Below are positions 61,101-64,000 of a stretch of 64,000 bases of DNA, in pieces. The position numbers and the translations under genes were made by a program. The notes beneath the pieces were generated by a model. It ran no database searches, was not told where the DNA came from, and worked only from the letters and a program-made list of their open reading frames with translations. The stretch comes from a virus. Each line of letters starts with the position of its first letter. Position 1 is the stretch's first letter. Location of the stretch: IMG/VR virus record IMGVR_UViG_3300045988_087221. One strand, written 5' to 3'.

Positions 61101-64000
61101 ACTAACTATACATATCAATAGATGTTAGCTAATATTACTGAGCCAGAATTAATTAAACTAGCTGATTCCATTGGCGAGAAAGTTACTTTAGATGCTGATT
61201 ATCGAAAGGCAGGTAAACATTTAGCTGTAAATGAACTCTTATAGTATTATGCCGAAGAGTTATATGCTAACAAAGGCACTTTGAATGCCTTCTTAGAGCA
61301 ATAGAAACATTTATTTGTACAAAACTTTCTTGATAATAACTGCACTTATCAAGTAGTTAATTTAAATGATTCAGTAGATAATTATTATGGTGAAAAGTTA
61401 CCTGAATCTATTTCTAATAATCCTATCATGTAGACTATTTTAGGATTATATAAGAATGACTCTAAGGGTAGAAGTGCTTTCTTTAAAAACTGGGTAGATG
61501 CTAAGACAGGTAAGTTGATTTTAGCTAAATAGAATGGTTTAAACATTATATCTAATACTAAAATAGATTCTAGTAAAGATATTGTAGTAAATCCATTGCT
61601 TGATAAATTCTTCTATGTTGAAGGATTCTTAAGTAATAATTTACGTATGAGTTTAACTGGTTCTGAGATTAATCACCCGGATAAAGCTAAACAAACCACC
61701 TATAATTTAGTAAAATCTTGTGATAATTCTGTAGATTTCTTTACAAAAACTAAAATGTAGGTAGATGAAAATACTTTCTAGCAAGCTAAAGAGTTTTTAA
61801 ATACAACTAACTCTGTTGCTGACTTAAAATATACTACAATACCTGCTAATATATCAAGCTTTATAAATGATATTTATCATTAGTCTATGACTATGATAGC
61901 TAATGTAGCTTAGGGTACTTAGTTTAAGCGTAATGTAATTATACCTGCCACTTTACAGTACTGTCTACCTAAAGTTATAAATGGTATTTCTGCTAAAACT
62001 AAATGTGCAGTAATTAGAGACGAGGGCGCCTCAGTGTATAACTATAGAGGAGACCATGAAGATGATATTGATTCTGCGGATGGTTCTGCTCAAATTAATC
62101 CATTCTAGTCTATTTTGGAGAATAAAGCATTAGGTTCTCAGGCTGTAGGATTTATTAAAAAACCTATTTGGCATGCTTATGACCCAGTAACAGGTACTGC
62201 ATTCTTAGCTAAGTTTGCAACCGATACTATCACTAATGAAACTATGCGAGCTTCCTTAAATTCTCACACTAGTCTTTTTAAAATGTTTAAAAAGATGACT
62301 AACTTACCATGGAAGGGTGATGTGGATTTAATGCAATCCATAGCTTTAGGTAATCTTGATGAATCTAAAACTTTGGCTACAGTTAGGTGGTTTAATAATG
62401 TTATTCTTGGAAATGCTGACGGAATTAAAAACAATTAGTTATACTATAAAAATAAATATGGTGACTAGGTTCAAATTACTGGTTTTAATAAAACTATAAC
62501 TAAAGAAGGAAATACTCTATACTATACTACAGAGGCACCTGTAATTAAGGGTATAGAAGCTCCTTCGCATAAAGTGTATCATGTATTTTATGATTCCCCT
62601 AACTAGAAAAGTAATCATATTACTTTTGATACTTGGCAATAGGCATAGGCATTTTTAATGGATTAGTCTAATCCAGAAATGACTAATAAACATACCATTA
62701 ATTCTTTATTTGAATTACATACAGCTTTAGGAGGTATTAATTGCATTGATAGTAAGGGAAACTACTCAGAATTTAGTAACGAGGTGGTTGTTAATTTTAT
62801 GAATGCAGTTGGTCATAAAGTTAATGAAGGTACTGACAATGTTCCTCTTGATTAGGATAATTATATATAGCCTCTTAAATAGTATCATATTGGTTATGCT
62901 TTAAATAATACAGCAGTAAAAAATGGTGCATAGAATATTAATCAGTCTAGTGCTTGGTATGATGATAAAGACCTTAGTTACTTTGAAGTAGACTCAGATG
63001 GTCTTGGAATGTAGATGAATGCTGACCATGATATTATAGACTCTGAACTTACAGAGTTTTCTTAGGTTATTACTGCTACATCAGCATATGGATTTACCTA
63101 TGATAACACTGATGAAATATTTTAGGGTCTTGGAAGAGCTTCCTTAGCTACTACTAAGAAAATGAGTAAAGCTGTAGATACTTTTATTCAGAATTTTGAA
63201 GATCCAAAACAAGCTTAGTCAGATTTATATGACGCTATTGGTAGAATTGTAATGAAATCTTCTTCTATTAAAGATAGGGAGAGTTTATAGCATGTAATTA
63301 TGTAGGCAGTAGAATCTGTATTCTATAAAAGTAAAAATCACTAGCAAGATAGTTCTAAAATACCATTTAGTGACCCTAATGTATATTCTGATTTCATTGC
63401 TACATTAGCCAGTACAATTAACAAAGAAGCTATCAAACGTAAGCACCCAGGTTCTGGATGTGTTATGGTTCCTGCTTATCATATGATTCAATATTTTGAA
63501 TTTGGTGGTGAAAAATTAATGGCAACTGACATCTTAAAAAGAGCATAGGAAGATTATAAATAGTCTCTAATTACTCTATTATAGGGTCATCAGGATTATA
63601 CTCCAGAAACTAATTCTATAGGAGAGTTTTTTATAAATGGACAATCCATTAAATAGTTAGAAGATTAGGTACAAAAATTAAAAATAGAAAATCCTGATAG
63701 AATTGATACATAGGATATAACTAGTTATAATCATTAGCTTATTTAGAGATATTTAAATAGAAAGCAACAAGAAGTAGAAATAAGACCTGATAAAAGTTGG
63801 TTTATGCCTTCCGATAATGTAAATATTATTGACTCTGAAGGCAAAGTTCATACTGTAGAATTAAATTCTATGGATGACTATTACAAGTTTAAGGATGGAA
63901 TTAACGATATAGAAATAGCTAATAATGTATCTATAAAAGTTGATTATAAAAAAGGTACATATAAAATAACTTCACCTACAGCAGAGTTAAATTTAACTAA
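58116..64000 (+). CDS. Giant protein, C-terminus outside window (>=1961 aa), candidate crAss-like virion RNA polymerase
   Basis: The start overlaps the previous stop (TAATG). Track ORFs 58320, 59013, 59820 and 62115 share its frame, which stays open to the window end. Asp-rich candidate metal-binding motifs are DHEDDIDSADGSAQ (62052-62093) and MNADHDIID (63015-63041). The RNA polymerase assignment rests mainly on size and position. Confidence 0.75.

Noticed and set aside
1-64000. The fragmented ORFs might mean a decayed or pseudogenised prophage, or poor assembly.
   Set aside because: The interruptions are exclusively TAG. No in-frame TAA or TGA and no frameshifts occur across ORFs of up to 9.2 kb. 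The single exception is the small membrane ORF near 14136. Random decay would not be codon-specific.

Overview
AT-rich 64-kb block with every credible gene on the + strand. It reads as the late (virion) module of a large crAss-like (Crassvirales-type) bacteriophage. The standard-code ORF track is fragmented because TAG is used as a sense codon. Reading TAG through fuses the fragments into about 40 tightly packed genes, many with TAATG or ATGA start/stop overlaps. All of them end at TAA or TGA. They include giant ORFs of >=1754, 1519, 1357, 2185, 1456, 3073 and >=1961 aa. TAG falls on conserved Gln positions: SLT G-Y-F-Q-F, M15 S-Q-H, and SF1 helicase motifs GDxxQ and QGxEF. It also mixes with CAA/CAG in Q-runs. 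The most likely code is therefore TAG=Gln (table-15-like), with TGA still a stop. Gene order: tail fibres (1-13128); a small TAG-free accessory island with a split membrane ORF and an HTH protein (13129-14736); six small genes (14828-17593); M15 endolysin, tail-collar fibre, scaffold-like protein and major capsid protein (17709-22548); head/tail proteins (22645-27595); two DNA-binding-like proteins (27654-28705); two giant tail proteins (28709-39339); an ejection/cargo block with an SLT transglycosylase and a DUF192 protein (39332-42199); a small GC-rich gene (42314-42601); then giant proteins, one carrying an embedded SF1 helicase-like domain and the last a presumed virion RNA polymerase running off the window. 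Five intrinsic-terminator-like hairpins divide the block into transcription units. I saw no tRNA, rRNA, CRISPR array, integrase or transposase. All functional calls come from motif recognition by eye and gene order. No searches were run, so product names are hypotheses, while the ORF structure is read directly from the sequence.
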